Shown: one piece after another, positions 47,809-57,500 of the stretch | Position numbering within the stretch: position 1 is the stretch's first letter | Layout: every line of letters begins with the position of its first letter | IMG/VR virus record: IMGVR_UViG_3300037504_000588 | Location: 1-64,000 of that record | Length of the DNA: 64,000 nt | Source of the DNA: a virus | Direction: 5' to 3' (one strand) | Position numbers and translations under genes: made by a program | The notes under the pieces: generated by a model | Seen by the model: only the letters and a program-made list of their open reading frames with translations | Told to the model about the DNA's origin: nothing | Database searches by the model: none

Positions 47809-49467
47809 ATGTCCAAAAAGAATATAAAGACATACCAAGATATAGATAAAGAGATAGAAAAGTTACAGGTAGAAAAGAACCTTCTTTTAGAAAAGCAGTT
47901 AAGCTCTAAAGAAAGTGAAGATATAATTAAAGCTCACTCATATTTAGAAAAAAACAATCAAAAGAAAAAGGGGGATGGGGTTAAGGCTTATATGTTTTCT
48001 CCCGAAAGAGAGTTTTATAGTGGATTAGGCTACAAATCTTCATTAAAATCTGTTACTTACGATCTTCTAAGAGGAATGGGAGATGTTCCAATTATTAAAT
48101 CAGCTATAACAACAAGAACGGATCAAATTAGAAAGTTTATAAATTTTCAAGTAGAGAGCGATAGAGAGGGGTGGACTATAGCTAAAAAGTTAGGTAAATT
48201 TGAGAAAGCAGAGGGGAATTATGAATTAACAGACGATGACAAAAAAAATATTGAAAAAATTGTTTCATTTATTGAAAACGGAGGATATTATAATAAATGG
48301 AGTTTAAATGATGATTTTGAAGTTTCTGTTACAAAGATTATAAAAGATTCATTAGAACTTGACCAACCCGCTTTAGAGATAGAGAGAGTCAATAGAGGAG
48401 ACCTATACGGATTTACGGCTATAGACGGAGGAACGATAAGAAATCTTGAAACTATAGACCCCAGAGAAGTAAAAAACACAAAATATGAAGAGATAAATGG
48501 ATATTATCCTCGCTATTGCCAAGTATATAACCAAAGAATATTAACACATTGGGAAACCAAAGAACCAATTGTATATTACCCCTGGGAGTTAGCCGTACCT
48601 ATCAGAAACTATTCTTCCGATATAAAGAGAAATGGGTACGGTAAAAGTGAATTGGAGATACTTGTTGAAGTTGTAACGTGGTTATTGTGGGGAATGCAAT
48701 ATAATGGTAACTTCTTTAAACAAGGTAGTCATCCAAAGGGGTTTATTACATTGCAAGATGCAGGGGATCAAGATACGTTAAATGAATTTAGGAGCGCATG
48801 GCGCAATATGATGTCAGGTGTTCATAATGCACATAAGATTCCTGTTTTTGAAGGGAAAGATATTCAGTGGATGGATATGCATCACTCGAATCGTGACATG
48901 GAGTTTGGTAATTGGAATGAATTTCTTATTTTAATTGTTTGTAGTGTATATAGAATAGACCCTTCTGAATTGGGGTTTAATTTCAAACAACAAACACAGT
49001 TATTTGGACAACAAGGACAAAAAGAACGCCTTGATCATTCTAAAGATAAAGGATTAAAACCTTTACTTAGAATGTTAGAGAAGATGTTTAATAAGTATAT
49101 AGTTTCTGAAATAGATGACAGGTATGAGTTTAAGTTTACAGGGATTGATATTGAAGACGAAGAGCAATTATTAAAAAATGATGCTACAAAGATAGATAAA
49201 GGGATGGTTAGCATGGAAGATATGTTTGAAAAACATAGTGGACGTAAATTTGATCCAAAAAAGGATACAGTATTAAATCCTGTATATTGGCAAGCTCAAC
49301 AGGCACAGCAATTTGGTGGACAAGAAAGTAATGAAGCAGTTGACGAAATGACAGGAGAACCCGATGAAGGAGTTCAGAACCCTTTTGATGAATATGAAAA
49401 AGCATGGAAAGATAATCCTATTGCAGAGGAAGCCAATAAGAGAATAGAAGAAATGTTTAACAAATAA
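47809..49467 (+). CDS. Portal protein
   Basis: IDGGTIR, GYGKSELE, NFFKQGSHPKG, RDMEF, YRIDPSELGF, SKDKGLKPLL. Confidence 0.9.
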   Translation: MSKKNIKTYQDIDKEIEKLQVEKNLLLEKQLSSKESEDIIKAHSYLEKNNQKKKGDGVKAYMFSPEREFYSGLGYKSSLKSVTYDLLRGMGDVPIIKSAITTRTDQIRKFINFQVESDREGWTIAKKLGKFEKAEGNYELTDDDKKNIEKIVSFIENGGYYNKWSLNDDFEVSVTKIIKDSLELDQPALEIERVNRGDLYGFTAIDGGTIRNLETIDPREVKNTKYEEINGYYPRYCQVYNQRILTHWETKEPIVYYPWELAVPIRNYSSDIKRNGYGKSELEILVEVVTWLLWGMQYNGNFFKQGSHPKGFITLQDAGDQDTLNEFRSAWRNMMSGVHNAHKIPVFEGKDIQWMDMHHSNRDMEFGNWNEFLILIVCSVYRIDPSELGFNFKQQTQLFGQQGQKERLDHSKDKGLKPLLRMLEKMFNKYIVSEIDDRYEFKFTGIDIEDEEQLLKNDATKIDKGMVSMEDMFEKHSGRKFDPKKDTVLNPVYWQAQQAQQFGGQESNEAVDEMTGEPDEGVQNPFDEYEKAWKDNPIAEEANKRIEEMFNK

Positions 49468-49481
49468 AAACTAAAAAGCTA

Positions 49482-50108
49482 ATGAGATATATATTATATG
49501 CTATATTGTTTATTTTCTTAACTTCTTGTTTAACAAAGAAGAACTTGCCTAAACATATGTATAAATTTAGAGGAGATGCTGCTAAAATTAGCAATCAAAT
49601 GTTTCCGGCAAATGATAGTATTGTTACCAAAATTATAAAAGAAAAAGAGTGGATAGACACAACATCTAAATTTAAGTTACCTTTTAACGTGGACTTTAAA
49701 GAAAAAGAGGTAATTTTTGACACAATTAATTTGTATGAAAATTTTGGAGTTGATCCTTGTGATTATTGTAATTCCGATACTGTATACACACAAACTTCTA
49801 CTTCATTCAATAAATGCTGGACGGAAAAAGGAATGATCAGATCAATTTCACAAAGTAAAGATTCACTTGAATTGAAGTACAAGTATCTTGTAGTAAGACA
49901 TGATTCTATTGTTAAATCATATAAAGAGTACGAAAGGGAGTGTATTTTTAAAGATTTAGAAATAGATAGACTTGAAAGAAATATTGATAAAATTGAATCT
50001 AAATTAGAGAGAAACAGAAAATGGAAGTTTAGATTTATGTCGGGATTTTTAGTTTTATTGTTAATAATAGGAGTGAGGGTTTGGATATGGGTGAAAACGA
50101 AAAGATAG
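49482..50108 (+). CDS. Lipoprotein with C-terminal TM segment; candidate unimolecular spanin
   Basis: Lipobox FLTS-C16, coiled coil, C-terminal hydrophobic helix ending KTKR. Confidence 0.55.
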   Translation: MRYILYAILFIFLTSCLTKKNLPKHMYKFRGDAAKISNQMFPANDSIVTKIIKEKEWIDTTSKFKLPFNVDFKEKEVIFDTINLYENFGVDPCDYCNSDTVYTQTSTSFNKCWTEKGMIRSISQSKDSLELKYKYLVVRHDSIVKSYKEYERECIFKDLEIDRLERNIDKIESKLERNRKWKFRFMSGFLVLLLIIGVRVWIWVKTKR

Positions 50109-50308
50109 AATTGCATGAATTAGATACAGGAATTGCTTTACCTATATCTTGGCAAGATATTACTGATTTTGTGAATATACAAGACGGAACAAAGATTTAC
50201 TTAACTAAATATGAAAAGAATAAAGAGACAACCATAGATATTGATGTGAGAGAATCTCTTGATGAGATAAATGCTAAAATAGGCAACCCTAACATAATTA
50301 TGGAATAG
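50087..50308 (+). CDS. Hypothetical protein
   Basis: VRESLDEI motif. Confidence 0.5.
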   Translation: MGENEKIELHELDTGIALPISWQDITDFVNIQDGTKIYLTKYEKNKETTIDIDVRESLDEINAKIGNPNIIME

Positions 50309-50322
50309 TATATTAATAAAGA

Positions 50323-50526
50323 ATGAAAAATATTAATCCCAAAACAAAACCTTTCCCTAAGCGTAAAAATTCAGAAGTAAAAGACCCTCCTCGGTATCCT
50401 AAAATCATTAATGCTTATGAAGATAAAGCTAAAAAAGATTATCATCATACATTAAAACAAACAATCAATGAAATTGCTAAAGAAATGATTCATATTGTTA
50501 AAAACAGAAGTAATGACAAAAAATGA
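50323..50526 (+). CDS. Hypothetical protein
   Basis: 67-aa ORF. Confidence 0.5.
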   Translation: MKNINPKTKPFPKRKNSEVKDPPRYPKIINAYEDKAKKDYHHTLKQTINEIAKEMIHIVKNRSNDKK

Positions 50527-52537
50527 AAAAAAAAGTAGATTATCAGATAAAAAATTAAGAGGATTAAGTCAATATTGTGCTAAACACGGTGCTGAACAAA
50601 CAGCAATACATTATGGACTTAAATTAGAAACATTAAATCGTTATTTGAGAGAAGCTAAAAAAAGAAATATTAATGTAGAGGATTCTAATAGGTGGTTACG
50701 TGAGATACGTGATAATTTTACAGATGAAGAGCTTAGAGCAATAGCAACAGGAGGAAGGGTGCTTCCAGGCATAGAAAAGGTTCCTATTATATCTTTTGAA
50801 GGACAAAGGATCAGGATAGGCGCTATGACAGATACACATATAGGCAGCAAATATTCAAAAGAAGAAAGAATATATCAAGCTTTCAACGAATTTAAAAAAG
50901 AAAAAGTTGATTTTATTGTCCACTCTGGAGATGTAACTGAAGGTATGTCACATCGCCCAGGACATATATATGAATTAGATGCTTTAGGTTATGATCAACA
51001 AAAAGAAAAAGCTATCAATATATTCGGACAATGGTCAGATACTGATATATATGCTATAGACGGAAATCATGACAGATGGTTTATCAAGAGCAATGGAGCA
51101 TATATTGTGAAAGATATTTCTAATCTTTTAAGAAATTTTCACTATCTTGGACAGGACGAGGGAGATATTAGTCTTAAAGGGAAGGCTACATTAAAGCTGT
51201 GGCATGGAGAGGACGGAAACTGTTTTTCAGATGATACAGAAATATTAACTAAAGAGAGTGGATTTATACCATTTTCAAAATTAACAAAAGATATGCATGT
51301 TGCTACTATGCAAAAAGAAGGACATATCTTTGAATGGCAAAAACCAACCCACATTACAAGTGAAGATTATAGTGGAGAGATGATTAATATAAAACATAGA
51401 TGTGTTGATATTAATATAACTCCCAATCATGGCATGTGGGCTAAACACACTCAATCTGTTTTAAACAGACTTTCTAAATTAAAACACAAAGAAAAATCAC
51501 ATAGAAAGTTAAAAGATGGATGGTTTAAAATTACTGCAAAAGAATTGTTATCTAATTTTAGAAAGCAGAAGTTTAAACTTCCTAAAACAGTGAATGATTT
51601 TGTATTTAAACCTGTGGAAAAATTCATGGAAATACAAAAGATTGAACCTAAAAATAAGGGAATGGATTCACGGATGAACCATGTTGGTACTATTTGTACG
51701 CTTGATTTAGTAAGGTTAATATCTTGGTATGTGACAGAAGGATATGCAAATAAAAACCAAATAACAATATCTCAATATAAGAACATTAACAAAAGTAATT
51801 ATAATGAGATATTAGAATTAGTGTCATCTTTAGGTGTGAATTACACTGCATCTGATAAATCAATATCAATTCATGGTAAAGAATTATCGGAATATCTTAT
51901 TAAGAGTTGTGGCAGTGGGTCATATCATAAATATCTTCCTGAATGGATCAAAGAAGGAAACAAAACAATATTAAATGTTGCCTTTAAAACTATGATAAAG
52001 GGAGATGGATGGAAAAGAGGAAAATCTTTTGGGTACAGAAGTGTAAGTAAAAGATTACGTGAAGACTTTGGGCTTATTGCATTAAAACTTGGATATGCTG
52101 TTAATTATAATGGCGATCAAGTATATGTTAATACAGTACAAATAAATCCCTCTATTGTTAAAAAACCTACAACGTTTTATTATAAAGGCAAAGTATATTG
52201 TTGTGAGGTTCCTAATGGATTGATATATGTTAGAAGAAATGGAAAAACATTATGGACACACAACAGCTATGCGCTTAGTTACCGGTTACAGAAGATAATA
52301 GAGAGTCTTAGCGGAGGAGAGAAACCAAATGCATTAATTTGCGGACATACTCATAAATATGTCAAGATTTTTGAACGCAATATTTATACTATATCTGTAG
52401 GAACGATGCAGCAGCAAACAAAATGGATGAGAGGTAAGCGTATTGCTGCACATACAGGATTCTCTATCATAGATTTATGGGTTAATGAAAAAGGAATTTG
52501 TAAATTAACAGACACTTGGTATCCGTTCTTTATATAA
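50513..52537 (+). CDS. Metallophosphoesterase with N-terminal HTH, interrupted by an intein
   Basis: TDTHIG, HSGD, DGNHD, CGHTH; intein in frame. Confidence 0.88.
   Translation: MTKNEKKSRLSDKKLRGLSQYCAKHGAEQTAIHYGLKLETLNRYLREAKKRNINVEDSNRWLREIRDNFTDEELRAIATGGRVLPGIEKVPIISFEGQRIRIGAMTDTHIGSKYSKEERIYQAFNEFKKEKVDFIVHSGDVTEGMSHRPGHIYELDALGYDQQKEKAINIFGQWSDTDIYAIDGNHDRWFIKSNGAYIVKDISNLLRNFHYLGQDEGDISLKGKATLKLWHGEDGNCFSDDTEILTKESGFIPFSKLTKDMHVATMQKEGHIFEWQKPTHITSEDYSGEMINIKHRCVDINITPNHGMWAKHTQSVLNRLSKLKHKEKSHRKLKDGWFKITAKELLSNFRKQKFKLPKTVNDFVFKPVEKFMEIQKIEPKNKGMDSRMNHVGTICTLDLVRLISWYVTEGYANKNQITISQYKNINKSNYNEILELVSSLGVNYTASDKSISIHGKELSEYLIKSCGSGSYHKYLPEWIKEGNKTILNVAFKTMIKGDGWKRGKSFGYRSVSKRLREDFGLIALKLGYAVNYNGDQVYVNTVQINPSIVKKPTTFYYKGKVYCCEVPNGLIYVRRNGKTLWTHNSYALSYRLQKIIESLSGGEKPNALICGHTHKYVKIFERNIYTISVGTMQQQTKWMRGKRIAAHTGFSIIDLWVNEKGICKLTDTWYPFFI
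51221..52264 (+). mobile_element. Intein (348 aa) with LAGLIDADG-type endonuclease
   Basis: Starts CFSDDTEILT; block B ITPNH; LISWYVTEG and MIKGDG endonuclease motifs; ends VYCCEVPNG...WTHN with Ser at +1. Confidence 0.9.
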
Positions 52538-52544
52538 AAATATT

Positions 52545-52751
52545 ATGAATACAGAAAAGTTAAAAAAATTAATAAGGTGTTGTTTTTTAGAGAGAGGTAA
52601 TGAAGATTATGTCTTATTAAAGGATATTATTGATTTAGTTGATTTGTTCACACAAGAAGGAGATGGTGTGAAAATATTCAAACAAAGGTTTGTAGAAGTA
52701 GACACTACTTTACAAAAAGATAAAATACAATTTCAAAGTAACGTTACATAG
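52545..52751 (+). CDS. Hypothetical protein
   Basis: 68-aa ORF in operon. Confidence 0.45.
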   Translation: MNTEKLKKLIRCCFLERGNEDYVLLKDIIDLVDLFTQEGDGVKIFKQRFVEVDTTLQKDKIQFQSNVT

Positions 52752-52753
52752 TT

Positions 52754-53689
52754 ATGTTATTTACTTCAACACAAATTCAAGATATTTTATATATAATTGA
52801 AAAGAATCATCTTATCTATGCAGGTGTTTCAATAGGATTTGATGTGTTAAGTGAATACGATAAGCGCATCTTGAAAGATTCTGGGATAGATATAGATAAG
52901 ATTAGTAGAGATTGGACTCCCTTTGAACAGAGCTTCTATTTTGGAAGATTAAGTCAATTATTAAACGATCAACAAGTCAAGAAGCTAAAATACAATGATT
53001 TTGTAAAATACCTTAAAAAGGGACAATACATTCCACTTAATAATCTTGAAAGAGACATGTTGAGCATTGCAAAGCAACGTTCATATAGACATATTAAGAA
53101 CTTAGGAAAAAATATTGGAGAAGATGTTAATGGAATGGTGTTTGAAGAAGATAAAAAGTTGAGAATGCGCAGAGAAAAGGTTATAGGAAAAGAGTTAGAA
53201 AGAGGTATTCAGGAACGCAACTCACTTTCTACTATAGTCAGAGAAATAGGAAAGAAAACAGGAGATTGGCAACGTAACTTGGGACGTATTGTAGACACTG
53301 AATTTAATACAGTAATGCAAGAAGGGCGTGCATCTCAAATATTAAGAGAGGGTGGAGAAGAAGCAAGAGTTTACAAGACAGTCTATCCTGGAGCTTGTAG
53401 GCATTGTATTAGATTGTATCTGACAGGAGGTATTGGAAGTAAGCCAAAAGTCTTTTTATTAAGAGAGCTTATTGACAATGGTTCTAATATAGGGAGAAAG
53501 GTTGCAGAATGGAAGCCTGTTGTGGAGAGTACTCATCCTCACTGTAGGTGCAATCTATACCATTTAGAAGAAGGGAAGGAGTGGAATGAAGAAACAGGAA
53601 GGTTTGAATATCCAGAAAAATATGAAACACATATAGAAAGAAAAAGTAAGGTTAGGGTAGCGGTAGGAGATAAAGAGTTTTTTGTTTAA
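52754..53689 (+). CDS. Head morphogenesis (MuF/SPP1 gp7-like) protein
   Basis: RIVDTE, ACRHC, HPHCRC. Confidence 0.8.
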   Translation: MLFTSTQIQDILYIIEKNHLIYAGVSIGFDVLSEYDKRILKDSGIDIDKISRDWTPFEQSFYFGRLSQLLNDQQVKKLKYNDFVKYLKKGQYIPLNNLERDMLSIAKQRSYRHIKNLGKNIGEDVNGMVFEEDKKLRMRREKVIGKELERGIQERNSLSTIVREIGKKTGDWQRNLGRIVDTEFNTVMQEGRASQILREGGEEARVYKTVYPGACRHCIRLYLTGGIGSKPKVFLLRELIDNGSNIGRKVAEWKPVVESTHPHCRCNLYHLEEGKEWNEETGRFEYPEKYETHIERKSKVRVAVGDKEFFV

Positions 53690-53703
53690 AGAATTAAATA
53701 AAT

Positions 53704-53997
53704 ATGAAGGAACTAACAGAAGAGCATCTTATTGACTGGTGGTTAAATAAATACCACAACACATCTCTAAAAAAAATAAGAGAAGAGCATCCAGAATGGG
53801 GGGATCATAATCCAGAATATACATCTCATATATTCTATGATGCATATCCTGTTACGCAAGAACAACATGATGAGTGGTGCGAATGGGCTAAAAAAGAAGT
53901 AAAGAAATATTTTAAACTATCTAAAATAGGTTTAAACAAATCTTTTGGCTTTATATATCTTAATACATCACCTAAAGTAATGAAATTAAAAATATAG
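53704..53997 (+). CDS. Hypothetical protein
   Basis: 97-aa ORF. Confidence 0.6.
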   Translation: MKELTEEHLIDWWLNKYHNTSLKKIREEHPEWGDHNPEYTSHIFYDAYPVTQEQHDEWCEWAKKEVKKYFKLSKIGLNKSFGFIYLNTSPKVMKLKI

Positions 53998-54072
53998 TAA
54001 AAATAATGATATTTAATAAAAATTTTTTTATATTTATAAAAATTTGTTTTTTTTGAATAATGTTACTAATTA

Positions 54073-54558
54073 GTGGGGATCAAAAGTAAAATAAAGCAAG
54101 AGAAGTTAGATAGGATTAATTATAGCAATATTTTTAATTTTGATGAAGAAAAAAGAAATAAGATATGTAAATCTCTTAATGTAGAAACCAAAGAACTATC
54201 AGGAAAAGAAGTTAAAGAGATGTTAAGCCTAAAAGTAAAGCAATCCAAGGTCTTCATATCTAAATTAGAAGATAGTATAATTAAATTGTTGGATAAGATT
54301 GTTATACCTGCTAATTCTTCTGTAGAAGGAAATATTCCTGAAATATTTCGAGATAGGGTAAATATACCTTATAATCTTTATTCTTACAATCAAATATTTA
54401 GTCGAGACAGCGATGGATTAATGCAGAGTTATAATAGACATGTTATTGAATTAATAGAAAAGAAAGTAGAGTGTAAAAAATTACAAATAATTTGTGATAA
54501 TATTTGTGTTAGTCAAATATATAAAATTCCGATAGTTTTGTTAAATAAACTGGTATAA
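54073..54558 (+). CDS. Hypothetical protein
   Basis: 161-aa ORF after a late-promoter-like motif. Confidence 0.55.
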   Translation: MGIKSKIKQEKLDRINYSNIFNFDEEKRNKICKSLNVETKELSGKEVKEMLSLKVKQSKVFISKLEDSIIKLLDKIVIPANSSVEGNIPEIFRDRVNIPYNLYSYNQIFSRDSDGLMQSYNRHVIELIEKKVECKKLQIICDNICVSQIYKIPIVLLNKLV

Positions 54559-54569
54559 TAAATTTATAT

Positions 54570-57500
54570 ATGAAAGATATATTTAAAAAAATATTAGGTA
54601 TTCCAACTTTAGAAGAAAAAGCAGAAGAATATATACAACTTGAAAATGAAAAGGAGCTGTTAAAAGGTGATATAGACAATGCGGCAGAAGAGTTTCAATA
54701 TATGTCATATGTAAGAAAGTCAGGAATTGAAAAATGCAACAACGAAGAGATAAAAGAACGTATTGAAGACAAATACAATGATTTTATCGCCGAGCACCTC
54801 TCTAATGTTAAGAAATTAAGAGAAAGAAAGAAGGAGATTGACTTACGTTTACAAAAATTAAACAAGGACGAAAGGATAAAAAAGGGAATAGGGGAATTAA
54901 AAAAGATTAATGCATATAATACTTTAAAAAAAGCGTACAAATTAGGAAGATTATCACACAGTGCATTTGATAAGATTTGTAAAGCCAAGCAAGGTAAAGT
55001 TAAATTTGCAGATGTGTTGGTTTATGATAAAGATTTAAATCAGTTATATTTAAAGCGTAAATCTGATAGTACATTTGAACCCGAAAAGTGGGGTCTTCCT
55101 GGAGGACATGTTGATTTGCATGAAGATTGCAAAGAGGCTGCAATACGTGAATTGCAAGAAGAAACAGGAATAGATGTAAAATCTAAAGATTTAGAGTTAA
55201 TTGGTAAATATGATAAAGGTGGTGTATATATTGAATATTATAAAGTTTATCTAAAAGAAGAAAAGCCTCAAATAACACTTGAATCAAGCGAACATCAAGA
55301 TTATAAATGGGGAAGATTTGATGATTTTACAAAAGAGGAGATGTTGTTAAATCTACACTCTAATTTAGAGGATATTTTAAATCCTTTAAAAAGAAATATA
55401 AGTATTATAAAAAAAGCAATAGATCAAGGGTTAATAAGTAAAGATCAATTGATTGATATTGTAAAAGCTAAAAAAGACCCCTGTTGGGAAGGATATGAAC
55501 AATACGGAACAAAAAAGAAAGACGGGAAGGAAGTTCCAAATTGTGTAAAAAAAGCAGACGAAGATTGGGACAGTTGGGAAGAAATGGAAAAAAGTGAAGA
55601 CGAAGAAACCCCTTCCAATGGAACAATAAAACCTTCAACCAGAGATGGTAAAAAGGCAATGGTATGGATGGATGGTAAATGGCATCACTTTGGACAGAAA
55701 GGAGCAAAGCATAATTACTCTAAAGAAGCAAGGGAAGCTGCAAAAGCAAGACATAAAAAGAACCTTGAAGGAAGCGATCCTCGATCTAAAGCATTCAGGG
55801 TATATTGGAAGAAGTATTGGGAGAAAGGTGGTAAGGTCAAAGAAACTGACACAACAAAGGCAGAAGCTGATTATTTTAATATTATTGATGAAGATGATGA
55901 TATTTTTAAATCTTGGTCTTCTGATCTTAAAAATAGGTTCCCTAATGGTGATTGGAGAACAATAAATGGAGCTAAGGTTTTTATCAATAATGGTAGGGTT
56001 ATAGCTGGGTTAGATGGTTTTAATGGAATGATAGATAATTACTTTAAAGAAAATAAGGAAAGTAAAATTAAAATATCTAAAGAAACAGATAAAGCTTATT
56101 TACTGAATAAAGATGGAGTTGAGTTTTGGGTGCAAAAAAGATGGTACAATAAAGACAAAGAGAAGTTAACTCCAAGAGGGGAGAAGGCATTAAATGAGGT
56201 TTTAGAAAAACAATCTAAAGTTGAAGGTGGGAATAAGGATTTTGATATAAAAAAAGAAACACAGAAAGCTTTTCTTTTAGAAAAAAATGGCGTTGAGTTT
56301 TGGGTTCCAAAGTCTTGGTATAAAGATGGAAGTTTAAACAGTAAGGGTTTAGATAATTATTTAGATGCAAAAGAGAAACAAAGACCATATAAAATATGGG
56401 AAGCACCAGGAGGAGATATGTTTAGAGCTTATGATAAAGATGGGTCTGGTAACTATATTCAAATATCAGTAAAAGAAAGAAACCCACAGGGGTATTATGA
56501 GAGGCATAGATATTCAAAAGGAGAGAGCGGATTTTATACTTTTTTCATAAAAGAAAATGGTGATTTTAGTCAAGCAGATAAAAAACAGTTTATAGAAGAT
56601 ATAGAAGATAAATTTGGAGCATATCATGTTAATTATGTTGAAAAATCTTCTATTGATACCCTAATCAAAGCCCTTGAATCAAATAAATTAGATTGGAATA
56701 GCTTTGAAAAAGCTGGAGGACACAAGTATATCCGTAGAGAAGGTACTCCGGGTAATTATAAGTATATATATAAAGAGAGTAAAACAAAAGGTAAAAAGGA
56801 TGATATAATTACTCCAGAGGAACGTGCTAAAAATTTCAAAGAATGGTTTGGGGATTCTAAGGTTGTTGATGAAAACGGAAAGCCTTTGGTTGTTTATCAT
56901 GGAACAGCTTCCGATAAAAAATTTACAGAATTTAAACCTATGTCAAGCAGTGAAGCAAGGCATATACATTTTAATGATAATTTTACATTTTTTACGTCTA
57001 AAAAAGATATAGCAGAAGATTATTCTAACTCTTCTGAATTAATAATGTTTATGCAAGAATATGGGCTTGAAGAAGACGATTATGATCTGTTTTTTGTTCC
57101 ACAAAGTGTACGTGAAGAAAATAAAGATAAATTTGAAAATTATTTAAAAAACAGTCATGGGTTAAGCGAAAGTGAAATAGATGAACTTGATGATTTAGAT
57201 TTAAATAATTATTGGCAGGATTATTTTACAGATTTATTGGCATATTATGACAAAAAACATATATACAGTACATATTTGAAGATAGAAAAACCTAAAATAG
57301 TAAATGCTGAAAAATTATTAAACTCTTTAAGTGAAGAAGAAAAAGATACAATAAGGAACGAACATGAAACCCTTAGAGAGTATATTATAAGTTCTTTTGA
57401 AAGAGAGTATAAAGATAAGGGGTATGATGGGCTCATAATTAAAAACATATTTGATTCTCCTAAATATGGTGAAGTTATAGATGATGAAGGGAAAGAGATG

